This document shows positions 1 through 13,575 of a DNA stretch of 64,000 nucleotides, one piece after another. The stretch is from Octopus bimaculoides (lineage: Eukaryota). Where the stretch lies: NCBI RefSeq assembly GCF_001194135.2, contig NC_068986.1, positions 44,765,462 through 44,829,461 of the forward strand. The letters run 5' to 3'. The notes under the pieces were generated by a model that searched no databases, was not told the DNA's origin, and saw only the letters and a list, made by a program, of their open reading frames with translations. Position 1 is the stretch's first letter. Every line of letters starts with the position of its first letter. The position numbers and the translations under genes are program-made.

Positions 1-35
<35 letters not shown>

Positions 36-795
36 GAAGGGATACATTAAGTATGATACGTAGATGGTTATTTTAATCTGATACTGCTTCAATTGCTCAG
101 ATGGCAGCTATTTACAAAAGTACCAAACTTTAAAGAAAACATAATTACTGGAGTCAATTTATTTGACTAAAACCCTTCTAGGAAGTGCCCCAGCATAACT
201 GCAGTTTAATGACTGGAATAAATAAAAGATAAAAGATTTTATTTCTGTTAATTTGAATATAAAAATTAAAATTAGCATCTTACATGAGCACTCTGATATT
301 TTAACAGTGAATGAACATACTGGCCAACTAGTGAAATATAGATGTATTTAGTTTAAATGTATTTAGTTTTATATTTCCACAAGAAATGCATTGCTAGGAT
401 AAGAGGTGAACACAAAGCTTGAACATCAAATGTGAAAGTAAAAGTAACTGTAATGCTTTCCTGGTTCTGAGTTAAAATCATATCAAAATGAATTTACTGT
501 TCAAGCTTTAGATGGCATAAAATACATAAAAGATTAAAAAGTAATTGATGTAGATCTTAGAATAAAATGAATGGTTATTGTGTTTAAATTACTTCTGTAT
601 TCAGATCTCATTGAAGTTCACTTTAACCCTTTATTCTGATGGAAGTTAATAAAAATATATCTCCAAATGACTTTGCTATAGTTTAGATCAACTGTACACC
701 TTTATCTTATATAAAAATATTGTGTGTTCAAAAGAAGTCTTTATTTATAATCTGTTAAAGCTGAATAACAAATACATTGTTTTTGTATATTATAG

Positions 796-1083
796 ATTTC
801 TACCAATGGATACATAACATTTGGGAAGAAACAGAATTTTCCTTCACCTCAAAGATTTCCTGATCCTCCAAATGCAGCTATTATAGCCCCATTTTGGAGT
901 GATTTAGTTGTAGATGAACCTGGTCGAGTAACGTATAAGTTCTTTGAAATAGGCACCAAAAATTTCCATGCAGCAACAAAACTGGTAAAATCTCATGATG
1001 AAAAGAGCTTATTTAAAAAGTGGATACTCATCATAACCTGGGAGAATGTCCAGCCTTCAAGTAGACTGAAGAACGTCACAGAA
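796..1083 (+). CDS. MUC4-like exon (NIDO domain, part 1)
   Basis: tatag|ATT...GAA|gtaagg; ISTNGYITFG...IIAPFWSDL...GRVTY...WILIITWENV, matching NIDO motifs; phase 0-0. Confidence 0.93.
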
Positions 1084-1660
1084 GTAAGGTTTTAATTTAT
1101 TTGATTCATTGGCTAACAATGTGTTCAGTAATATTGCTATACCTTATGCTATAGGGGCTACTAAAATCTGATAAAATCAGCCAAATGTAGAACAGAAAAA
1201 AATTTCAACATTTTAACTATGAATTCATTAGAAGTTGGTTGTTCAGTATATATATATAGGCGTAGGAGTGGCTGTGTGGTAAGTAGCTTGCTAACCAACC
1301 ACATGGTTCCGAGTTCAGTCCCACTGCGTGGCACCTTAGGGAAGTGTCTTCTACTATAGCCTCAGGCTGACCAAAGCCTTGTGAGTGGATTTGGTAGACA
1401 GAAACTGAAAGAAGCCCGTCGTATATATGTATATATATATATGTATGTGTGTGTATTTGTTTGTGTGTCTGTGTTTGTCCCCCCAACATCGCTTGATAAC
1501 CGATGCTGGTGTGTTTACATCCATGTAACTTAGCGGTTCGGCAAAAGAGACTGATAGAATAAGTACTAGGCTTACAAAGAATAAGTCCTGGGGTCGATTT
1601 GCTTGACTAAAGACAGTGCTCCAGCATGGCCATAGTCAAATGACTGAAACCAGTAAAAGA

Positions 1661-1728
<68 letters not shown>

Positions 1729-3445
1729 ATGTACTTGAATATGCAGTGTATATGTGTGTGTTTGTATCTTTGTGTTTGTCCCCCACCACTTGACAACTGG
1801 TGTTGGTCTATATACATCCCTGTAACTTAGCAGTTCAGCAAATGAGACCAATGGAATAAGTACCAGACTTTTAAGCAAAATAAATATCGGGGTCAATTTG
1901 TTCAGATAAACTTGTCAAGATGACGCCCCAACATGGCCACAGTCCTTTGACTGAAACAAGGCGACGAGCTGGCAGAAACGTTAGCACGCTGGGAGAAATG
2001 CCTAGTGGTATTTTGTTTGCCGTTACGTCCTGAGTTCAAATTCCACCGAGGTCGACTTTGCCTTTCATCCTTTCGGGGTCGATTAAATAAGTACCAGTTA
2101 CTCACTGGGTCGATATAATCGACTTAATCCGTTTGTCTGTCCTTGTTTGTCCCCTCTGTGTGTAGTCCCTTGTGGGCAGTAAAGAAAGAAGAAACAAGTA
2201 AAAGATAAAAGCATGCTGAGGCTTATACCCAGAAGTGGATCAACAATAGCTACAAGCAACTAAATATACATCTGCATTTAGTTCTTCTGACTATACTTTG
2301 CTGTTGTTTCTCATTAGCTCGAGATCATCCCTGATAGAATATATATTTCTCTAAGCTATGACCATCAGATCTTTTATTCTAACTTAGTATATCTTGGACA
2401 TTATCCAATCTGTCTTCCCTTTCTTAAGATAAGGTTTGTTTCAAAAGAGACTTGGCTGCTATTTCTGGCAGATCGAGCAACCACAGAAAGCCTCCAGTTG
2501 GTTATAAGGAAGATCATTATACAAAGATAGACACTTTATAGTTTCATTTGAGTTTATTATAACTTTTAAACTGGTGTGTTTAATGGTATATTTAATGGTA
2601 TGTGGTATATTTAATGTTATATTTAATGGTATATTGTATATGTTTAATGGTATATTTAATGGTATGTTTAATCACATTAAATTAAAGAAAGCATATTATT
2701 AAGCACTTTAACCCATATCTGGCCCAATTAATCTACCTGTTCTGCATTCAAACTGGCTGTGTTCAGCTTTTCGTACCTACCATACAACATTGTTGTAAAA
2801 TCAAACAATCAAATCATTGAGATCTCAAAGCTATGAGATAATGTATGATTAATAAAAAACAATATGAATAAATAAGCAGTATACTTGATAGAGAATGCTG
2901 AATGCTAAAGAGTTAATATTTTGTTTTTATTTCTCCAGATGGCTACCTTCCAGATGGCCCTTGTACCTACACAAACAGAAAAAAGGACATTTTTCATCTT
3001 CAGTTATCTCCCTGGTATGCAATCCTGGACAAAAACACTCGAACATACAGAAGTATCTATTGGGTTCTCTGATGGCAATCATAATTATAAACAGAATGAG
3101 TACTCTTTTTCACTATCTGCTCTAGAATTATACCATATAAAGGGTAATACAGGTAGGAAAAAGTACATTTTTGTAATCTGTATTTAACAATTTGATTCCA
3201 ATAACCTCCACTGGTAAAGGGAATCTTGCATGTTTGTTCCTCTTTTATCTTTTACTTGTTTCAGTCATTGGGCTGTGGTCATGCTGGAGCAGTGACTTGA
3301 AATCTTTGTCAAATGAATCAATCCCAGTACTTATTTTTTAAGCCTGGTACTTATTCGATTGGTCTCTTTTGCCAAATCACTAAGTTACTGGGATGTAAAC
3401 ACACCAATACCAGTTGTCAAGCAGTTTCTTTGTGGGGTGGGGGCA

Positions 3446-3481
<36 letters not shown>

Positions 3482-6400
3482 ATGGGCTTCTTTCAGTGTC
3501 CAGCTACCAAATCCAAGGCCTTGGTTGGACTTCAGCTATAGTAAAAGACACTTGCTCAAGGTGCCACACAGTGGGACTGAACCTGGAACCATGTGGTTGG
3601 AAAGCAAACTTCTTACCACATGCCCAAGCCTGCACCTATATATGCTGCATATGAGAAGGTACGAGAGGTCAGATTTATGGGGAAAAAAAGCAAGAACAAA
3701 CTACATGGTGCTGGGTTCAGTCCCACTGCGTGACACCTTGGGAAAGTGTTTTCTACTATAATGTTGGGCTGACCAAAGCCTCATGAGTGGATTTGGTAGA
3801 CAGAAACTGAAAAAATCCTGTCATATATATATGTATATATCTACATATATATGAAGGCACGTGGCTTAGTGGTTAGGCATTCAGCTCATGATCATAAAGT
3901 CGTGAGTTCAATTCCCAGTGGTGCATTGTGTCCTTGAGCAAGACACTTTATTTCACATTGCTCCAGTCCACTCAGCTGACAAAAATGAGTAGTACCTGTA
4001 TTTCAAAGGGCCAGCCTTGTCACACTCTGTGTCACACTGAATCTCCCTGAGAGCTACGAGAACGGTACGCGTGTCTGTAGAGTGCTCAGCCACTTGCATG
4101 TTAATTTCGCAAGCAGGCTGTTCCGTTGATTGTATCAGCTGGGGCCCTCATCGTCATAACCGATGGAGTGCTCCTATATCTACATATGTGTCTTTGTCCT
4201 CCTCCATCATCACCTGACAACCAGTGTTGGTGTGTTTACGTCCCTGTAACCTAACAGTTCAGCAAAAGAGTCTGATAGAATAAGTACTAGGCTTAAAAAA
4301 ATAAGTACTGGGGTCGATTTGTTTGACTAAAACCTGTTGAGGCGGTGCTCCAGCATGGATTCAGTCAAATGACTGAAGCAAGTAAAAGAAGAAAAGAAAA
4401 GAATAAATACCTGTGAAAGTTGTTCAAAATATATGTTGCTGTATGTTGTATATGAAAGGTGTCCATGGGACATAAACCCACATCTGTAATCATGACAGAG
4501 GCTGTACAAGCAGACCAAAGCATAGGTATATTTACATGCTATTATTCATAGGTTTAGTGGAGGCACAATAGCCCAGTGGTTAGGGCAGCAGACTCGCGGT
4601 CATAGGATCGTGGTTTCGATTCCCAGACCGGGCGTTGTGAGTGTTTATTGAGCGAAAACACCTAAAGCTCCACAAGGCTCCGGCAGGGGGTGGTGGCGAA
4701 CCCTGCTGTACTCTTTCACCACAACTTTCTCTCACTCTTACTTCCTGTTTCTGTTGTACCTGTAATTCAAAGGGTCAGCCTTGTCACACTGTGTCACGCT
4801 GAATATCCCCGAGAACTACGTTAAGGGTACACGTGTCAGTGGAGTGCTCAACCACTTGCACGTTAATTTCACGAGCAGGCTGTTCCGTTGATCGGATCAA
4901 CTGGAACCCTCGACGTCGGGAGCGACAGAGTGCCAATAGAATAGAATAGATTCATAGGTTTATCTGCTTGGAGTTAAACTATTCCAAAAGAGTATTATTT
5001 CCCATTGTATTGATGTTTCTAAATTCACATATCAGCGATAAAGAGTATTTTTGCTATTAGGAGGCACTGGCATTTTTTCAATGGGAGGAGTTTCACCAGT
5101 ATATATATCGCTGGGAAAACAAGAAAAAAGTGTGCACATCCATGCATACACACATACTTACATACAATACATACATGCAGACATACAATCCATCCATCCA
5201 TACATACATACGTACATACATGCATACATACATACATACATACATACATACATACATACATACATGCATGCATGCATGATGTTTTGTTATTTTTGGTATA
5301 TTAAATAGCTGACAATAAACTGAAAGAAAGATATAATCACCAATTAAAAGGGCAATAAATAAACACTGAAAACATTATTATTTTTCGCCAAAAGAAATGA
5401 TAATTGTCAATACAAATGTTCGATAAAATGAAACTGAAAGATTTTTTTTCCTGAACTATTTATTGAAGACTGCTGCACATGGAAGACTGAAATCTCATGT
5501 AACAATCACAGAGAAAATCATTAATAAAGATCTGACTCAAAGGAATTACTTTCTATAAGATTTTCACTGAACAACTCATGATATTGATTGAGCAATTGAG
5601 TTTCATGCATCCATTGGATTAATTCACAATTCAGCAAAGTGGGTTTTAATCTGGGATTTGTCAATCATTTTCTTTCAGTTTCTGAGTTTTAACAATAACA
5701 ATTCCCCCACAAAAAAACATTTAGATTCTGGCAAAAAAAATCAGGTACTTTAAAGAGTTAAAAAAAAAAAACGCATTTGTCTTTATTCCTAAAATTATTT
5801 TGCTGATGAAAAATTTTTTCATTTTCATTGTCTTCCACTTTCATTTTATGTTGTTGGGAATTTTATAAACCTAAATTGAAAGATCACCTATATATGCCTG
5901 GTGCCACCCCCTATCAGATATCTGATGTTGACTGGATGTTTGATTTTTATAATTCTTGGTACATATCCTCAGACTGCACTGTCCTCATATTGCACTGTCC
6001 ACCCAAACACTCTGAAATGTTCATAGTGGAGCTTCAGGCATGAATGCCAAGCAGTACAGCATGTCATTTCCAAACTTCTGGCCAAGTGAATTGTGTCATA
6101 GTGCTGTTTTTCTCACAGACGGTGCCCAACTGACCCTACCATACTGTGTAGTTGCCAAAATCAAGAACAAACAATGCACATTAAAAATATAAAATGGCGA
6201 CAATTTAACCATTGCACTCTGTATGTGTGTATGTATGTATGTATGCATGCATGTATGTATACACTTATGTACATATGTATGTATGTATGTATGTATATAT
6301 GTATGTATATACTTATGTATTTATGTATGTATTAGGTTGTTTCACATGAAATGTCACATCTTTAATTACCTGTTATTTTAGTCATTTAAAATCTCAGTAA

Positions 6401-7027
6401 TGTACACCTTACATTTAATCAATTTCTTTCCCAACAATATTGGTATACAAAATTCGTACCCAGAGACCTTATGAAAATGATAACAACCAAACTATATTGA
6501 GTGTTTTTCTTGTATGAGTACAAACTGGGTCACTCTGCTGCAGAAGCTCTACGGAATATCAAGTGGGCTTTGGCAATGGTTTTATTGACATCAGAACTAT
6601 TCAGAGATGGTTCCAAAGTTCTCATTCAGGAAATGATAGCCTTGAAAATAAACCGAGGAGAAAGCCAAAATCAGTTATTCAGCAGGATGGATTAAATGCT
6701 TTGGTTGAACAAAATCTGAGAACAAAGGTTCAAAAACTTTCATCAGAACTCCAAACATCTTGCATAACTGTTTTTGGACACCTGTAAAAAATTGGAAAAG
6801 TCTAGAAAATGAATAGGTTTGTTCCACATCAACTGAACGAGATTAAAAAAACAGAGCCTCGAAGTGTGCTTCTTATTGCTTTCTTGACTGGAAAAAGACC
6901 ATTTTTGCATCAAATCATTACTTGTGATGAGAAATGGATGCTCTTTGACAACAGCAGAAGAACAGGACAGTGATTAGATGCAGAAGAGTCTGACTGTAGA
7001 GTAGCTATCCTGGAATCTGAAAAGGTT

Positions 7028-7058
<31 letters not shown>

Positions 7059-10000
7059 TTGTTGCTGCTGCTGTTGCTTCTGCTGCTGTTACTGTTGTTG
7101 TTGTTGTTGTTGCTGTTGTTGCTGCTGCTGTTGTTGTTATTATTGTTCTCGTAGTTTAATGCCAAGCAAACTTTAATCATGCAGATCTAAAATCAAAGGT
7201 ATTTCAGCTGTAGTTATCACATATGTAAGACTATATTATCTAATGTGCCTTATCTTCTATATGACTGTAGGACATGGTTTAAGAGAGATTAGGTAGCTAT
7301 TTCTAGTAGATTGAGTGACTGTTTAGAGGCTCCCTCATTGGCTCATTTTCAAAAGTTGCTGGTAAGGAAGAAATACATCAGTTTAAAATCATACTTAATA
7401 AAAAATACTTCATAGCAACTTTATAATCAAATGTCTCTCATCATAATCCACTCTTTTCATTCCACTATTTTATTTTCTATACAACAATATTTGCTTCTTT
7501 TCTTCTTTCATTTTTTGTTGCTTTCTTGGAGCAGTGCAAGTTTTTACACAATAAAAAATTTAACTGAAATGTTTTCTGACTTCAGGCAAACAAGGTGTTT
7601 GGGTTGAAAAAATTGAAAATGACCTGGATCTGCGAAGGCAACAGTGCATAAATTATGCCCACTCTTCTGATGACTGGACAAATGCTCTGTCTCACACATG
7701 TCCTTGCATACAGACTCAAGCAAAAGCAGATTTTCGATTTAAATTCATCTCCAGAGAAAATGGTATTACAAAGTTTGAAAGTATTTTCGCACATAATGGA
7801 CTGAAAGAACAATGTGTCTACAGCAACAGTTCTTTCGGTGAAACACTGATTACAGACAGTCCTTTAGGAGGTTCAATCAGTGTTCTTAACACAGATACTC
7901 TTGATAAACATATGAAGAAATTTTGCTGTGAAGGAATTCCATCCTACTGCAATCTGTACTACAGTCGGAGACCGTCATCAACTTGTAAGAATTATCTTCC
8001 TCCAAAACTTGGTGAGTCATAGAGCAAGAAGCCTATATGTAAAGAAAAGAAAGGACTTGTTTGTATACTGAGGGAAAATGAAGTTTAGTTCCCAAACTAA
8101 AGGAGAACATGTTTAACATTGGTTTCAAACTTTGACACAAGGCCAGCAAGTTTGGAGGAGGGGTTGAGTTGATTACATTGACCCCGGAACTCAACTGATA
8201 CTTTTTTTTATCAACTCCAAAAGGAAGAAAGGTAAAGTCAACCATGGAAGCATTTGAACTCAGAATATAAAGACAGACGAAATGCAATTAAGCATTTCGC
8301 CCAGCATGCTAATGGTTCTGCCAGCTCACCACCTTGAATATGCTTAATATTAGCAAGATATAAGGTTGTAAGCTGGCAGAATTGCTATCATGACAAACAA
8401 GATGCTCAGCAGCATTTTGTCTGTCTCTACGTTCTGAGCTCAAATTCTTATGAGATTGACTTTGCATTTCATCCTTTTGGAGTCAATAAAATAAGTACCA
8501 GTTGAGAATTAGGGTCAGTGTAATTGATTTGGCCCCTCCCTCAAAACTGCTGGCCTTGTGCCAAAATTTGAAACCAATATTAGCAAGATATAGATTGGCA
8601 GAATCAGGACAGTTATGAACCAAATATCTTGCGGTGTTCAGTTGCATATATCCATGTCTTGAGTTCAAATTTTGTCTTGGTTTACTTTGCCTCTCATCCT
8701 TCCAGGATCAATAAAATAAGAGTTTGTAACTGAAGTTGATATAATTAGTTATTTCAAGCCATGTTAGAAATCAATATTAATGAAAGATTCAGAAAGCTTA
8801 TGTGAAAACTTGTAATAATTCTATGCAGGAGACAAACGTTTATAATAAAGTTCATAATGAAAAGTAAATCAGTATTCTACCACATAGAATTTAGGGCAGT
8901 TGTAGTTTTACAATTTCTCGCCATCAAGGTTGCCAAAAAGACAGTGTTATATAAACCTTTCTCAAACTGACCTGAGAATTGTCAAACAGAACTCATTTTG
9001 TGACTTTTCTCATTATCTCAAAATCTTTTTACATAATGCCATTCTCTTGATATCTATGTATCTAAAGGCAGTGAGCTGGCAGAATCGTTAAGCATGTCAG
9101 GCAAAATGCTTAGTGACATTTCATCCGTCTTTATGTTCTGAGTTCAAATTTTAATGAGGTCAACTTTGCCTTTCATCCTTTCAAGGTCAATGAAATAAGT
9201 AACAACTGAATGCTGGGGTCAATTTAATTGACTTAGTCTCTCCCACAAACTTGCTGGTCTTGTGTCAAAATTTGAAACCAAGATTTGTGCATGTAATTTA
9301 TGCTAAAGATTAGAAAAATAAATTTTAAAAAATGAACACATTTGTGAATGTATGCATTTAACATATGCATGCACGTGCTCACATACACATACACACACAC
9401 ACATTTTAAAATCAGTGAAATGAAACAAATATTTTTTGTAGAACAATTATTAAACAGGCACTGAAGAGAACTAAAAAAAATACTGTTTATTTTCAGGATG
9501 GTCATGGGGAGATCCCCACTTCCATACAATTGATGGCAATGATTACACATTCAATGGTTGGGGAGAGTATGAAATGATCTATATGGTGGATGATACTTTT
9601 CGAATGCAAATTCGAATTGAAGACTCAATTTCAACTGGATTTGCCATGAAAACACTGGAATCTCCTATCATTGAAGTAAGTTCAATATCTAAAGTATTTT
9701 TGTTTCTCCTTTGATATCAATGTGTGTAAGTGCTATGGAGTAAAATATAAGCTCCTAGTGAGCCAAAGCCATGATTTGGTCTTCATTTCCACTGAGAGAA
9801 GCTTGAGTTTGATAACTTCATTTTATATACCTCATACTTATCCACAGTGGTGGCACATGGCTTAGTGGTTAGGGTGTTGGACTCATAATTGTAAGCTTGT
9901 GGTTTTGATTCCAGGACTGGGTGACATGTTATGTTCTTGAGCAAAACATTTCATTTCACATTACTCCAGTCCACTCAGCTGGCAAAAATGAGTAATCTTG

Positions 10001-13000
10001 CAATGGACCAACATCCCATCCAGATGAAGGGATATATATACACCATGAAACCAGGAAACCAGCCTTATGAGTCAGCATGACTCAAGAAGGTAACTTTACC
10101 TTTAACATTTTTTTAATACTTATATACAAACTGCAATAGAGAAGTATATCATTCTAGCACTCTTAACCAAGAATATAGTTTTATTTTTAAATATTGAATT
10201 TGTAAAGTATTTGAATGACATGTTGCCTTTCTTTGCATTTCTATACATCTTTATAAAAAAAACAATTCATCAGTCTAGGAAAAAATGAAATCATGGAGGT
10301 TTCTCTAACAAATATAATTAAAACCGACATGTTATTATTCTTCTGTATAATGATCATAAGTATTTGTTTTGTCGAAAACTATTCTGACAAAATTTTGATT
10401 AAAATTTATCAGTTACTCATTATTTATTTTAGTACATAAATTTTATTTGCAAAAGTTTAATTTTACTTGTTCTCTATTTACAGTTTACAATGGTGGATTG
10501 TATCAAAGATGTTCGAATTCTGATCAACCAGACAGAGAAATACAGCATGTCATTGATGAATGGCAGCCTGGACAACCCAAATTTCTTAATCAAAAAGCAA
10601 AATAATTCATTGCTTATAACATTCAGAAATGGCATAGCTGTTAAAGTGAGTGTTATTTGAAAATGTCTTTATGGGATTTTATTATTGTTTATAAATATTT
10701 GTAGCTGACAACATCTACACAATTATTGATGTCTGTTCAATGAAAAGAAAATTTATACAAACCATATTAACCAAGAACCTTAATGAGTGCTGCAACCACT
10801 CTGTACAGTTATAATTTTCCTCAAGCATTAATTACCAAATGTACACTACCAGATGATTTATTCTAAATATTGATATTAAAAAGGGTATCCAACCATAGAA
10901 ACCATGCCAAAGCAGACATTAAGAGCTTGGTGCAATCCTCTGGCTTATTAGCTCCTGTCAAATCATCCAACCCATACCAGTATGGAAATCAGATGTTAAA
11001 CACCACCACTAATAATGACAATGACGATGATGATAATAACAATGACAACGACTATTATTATAATCATTATTTGTTATAATGTGGATCCTTGTCCACTTGT
11101 ATGCTATTGTTGGCACTGTAATATTCTTGTCACCACTATTATGTTGTATGCCTTGTTATCTTTGACTCATCTGTCATGCTACTGCTGATAGCTCCACAAG
11201 ACCATGACTTTGAAATGTCTACCTTGCCGGTAACTCAAAGTTGTATATATCATATAACTGACACTGACTCCAACTGAGAACTCATACAATGACTCTACTA
11301 CTACTGACCTTCTACAACGACTGACTGTCTGACTTCATAGTGGCTGGTCATGCCACTTTGTTACATGAGAAGGGTAGTACCATTTTCACTACATCTCCCC
11401 TTTCAGTTTTGTTTTTCTCTTTGGGAAGCAAGTAATTTTATTTTACTTTATTCACCCTTCCACCCTTTAGCATTTTCCCTTTTTTTTTCACTTCTATAAC
11501 CATTGGAGCTGCCCAGTCAGAATGATTAATTTTTTCAATTATGTCTAAACTTTCTAGTCTTTCCAACTCTTTATTCCACAAATGGCACATTCCATTTGGG
11601 CCTAAAAACAGGTATTGCCTTTTCTTTTACTGCGATCCTTGCTTTTGTTATAGTGCAACAGCCTAATCCTTCCAAAAAGACATTTGGAAACAATTTTTTA
11701 TCTTTTGTCTCAGTTGTTTGACTTCATTTGAACTTTTAACCGTACCAACTACATTTTCACAGAGAACACTAGTGGGGGTATCCCACATTTTAAATAACTC
11801 CATGCATTCTGTGCCAAATAGGTTTAGTGATTTTTCCAACGCATAAATAATTGTCCTTTTTGTTTCACCTTGAAAAGTTACATTGCAAATACATTTGCCT
11901 ATGAAATATAATTTCTTTCCTGTAACACCATATGCTACTTTATTTGATTTAAATAATTTCATCTTACTGATTTGTTGCCATGTTTCTTCATTTATGATAG
12001 TAATGTCACTACCCATGTCTAATTGCATTTTGACACTTGTGGTTTTGATTCTCACCTTGATGAATTTTCTGTTTGTTGTACAAACTTTTTTCCCTGATGA
12101 CAAACTATTTATTTTTTCTAGTTTGGACCAGTTTTTCGTCATCTTAGTTCTGCAGTGTGATTTAATGTGTCCTGTGTCCCCACAATGAAAACACTTTGCT
12201 TTTTTGAATGGACACTCCTTTTCTCAGGTTTCTACCACTGCATGCCATACATGGATTTATCTCCTGTTGTATAATGTGTTTTTTGTGAAACACTTTATCT
12301 GCCTTCCAACTCTTCTATACTGATTTTATCTGTAAACAATCTGTGTTGAATTTCTTCTGTGCCATGCCTTACTTTTAATATCACATCCCACTCTTCTGAC
12401 AGTTTCTGGAGAGTTATATTCTGGTCCATTTCCAGCTTTGTGAGAATTTTCATTCTGACTTCTGCATCCTTTTTAGCAGCAAAAATCAGGCACTTGAATG
12501 AGTCTGGAGTTAGTTTATCCAGTTTAAATCTCTCACACTCTCTGTACACTCTACCTGCATGTCTGGTAAAGACATTGTCATCACTTTTCTCAGTGTTCAA
12601 ATACTTCTAACATGTGTTGAACAACGATGTTTTTTTACTAAACATCGTACACAAAATGTCAATTGTGACTGTGAAATTTATGTCAGAAACTTTTTTAGGT
12701 AATATAAAGTTACAGTATTTTTTGTGCTCTGTCGTTGTCAGTTTCCTCAGAATTAGATGTTTTCATTTCATCAGTCCAGTCCTGGCATTTTTTTTCGAAA
12801 ATTTGTTCAAATCTTCAGTAATATGCTTTGAAGGTGACTCCTTCTTCCAGGTCATTTAAATTCATTTATTGAATTTGCTACATGGTCTGGCAAAAACGTA
12901 TTTTCTGGTTTTGTTACCAACTTCATTAGTTGTAGCATTTGCTGCTGTAAGATTTGTTGTTTTTTGAGTTGTTACTGTTACTGTTTTTGCAACTCAACTA

Positions 13001-13532
13001 GATCCTCTAACAAGTTTTCCATAATTTTATGGATTTTTCATAAAATATGTACAACAAATATGTTTGTTATTCCTCTGTCAAGTTTTTAATTTGTCCAAGC
13101 GAAAAAGTCTTCACCGTCTTCCATGAGAAATGTTTATTTACTCATGAAAACAAATTTTTTCAACATTGTCTGCATGAATTGTATATATATATCACCACTG
13201 TTATGATGTGTGGATCCTCATCTACTTGTGTGTTATTGTCAGCACTGTAATATTCTTGTCACTACTATTATATTGTGGCAGTATTTCACATCTTATTATC
13301 CTTGGATTGTCTATCATGCTATCGCTGATAGCTCTGCAAGACAATGTCTTTGAACCACCTACCTTGACGATAACTCGAACTCATATATATCATGTAACTG
13401 ACACTGATTCCATCTGAGAACTCATACAATGACTCTACTAATACTGACCTGCTACAACAACTGACTGTTTGACTTTATAGTGGCTGGTTCATACCACTTT
13501 GTCATGTGGGAAGGGGAGTACTGTTTTTATTA

Positions 13533-13575
<43 letters not shown>

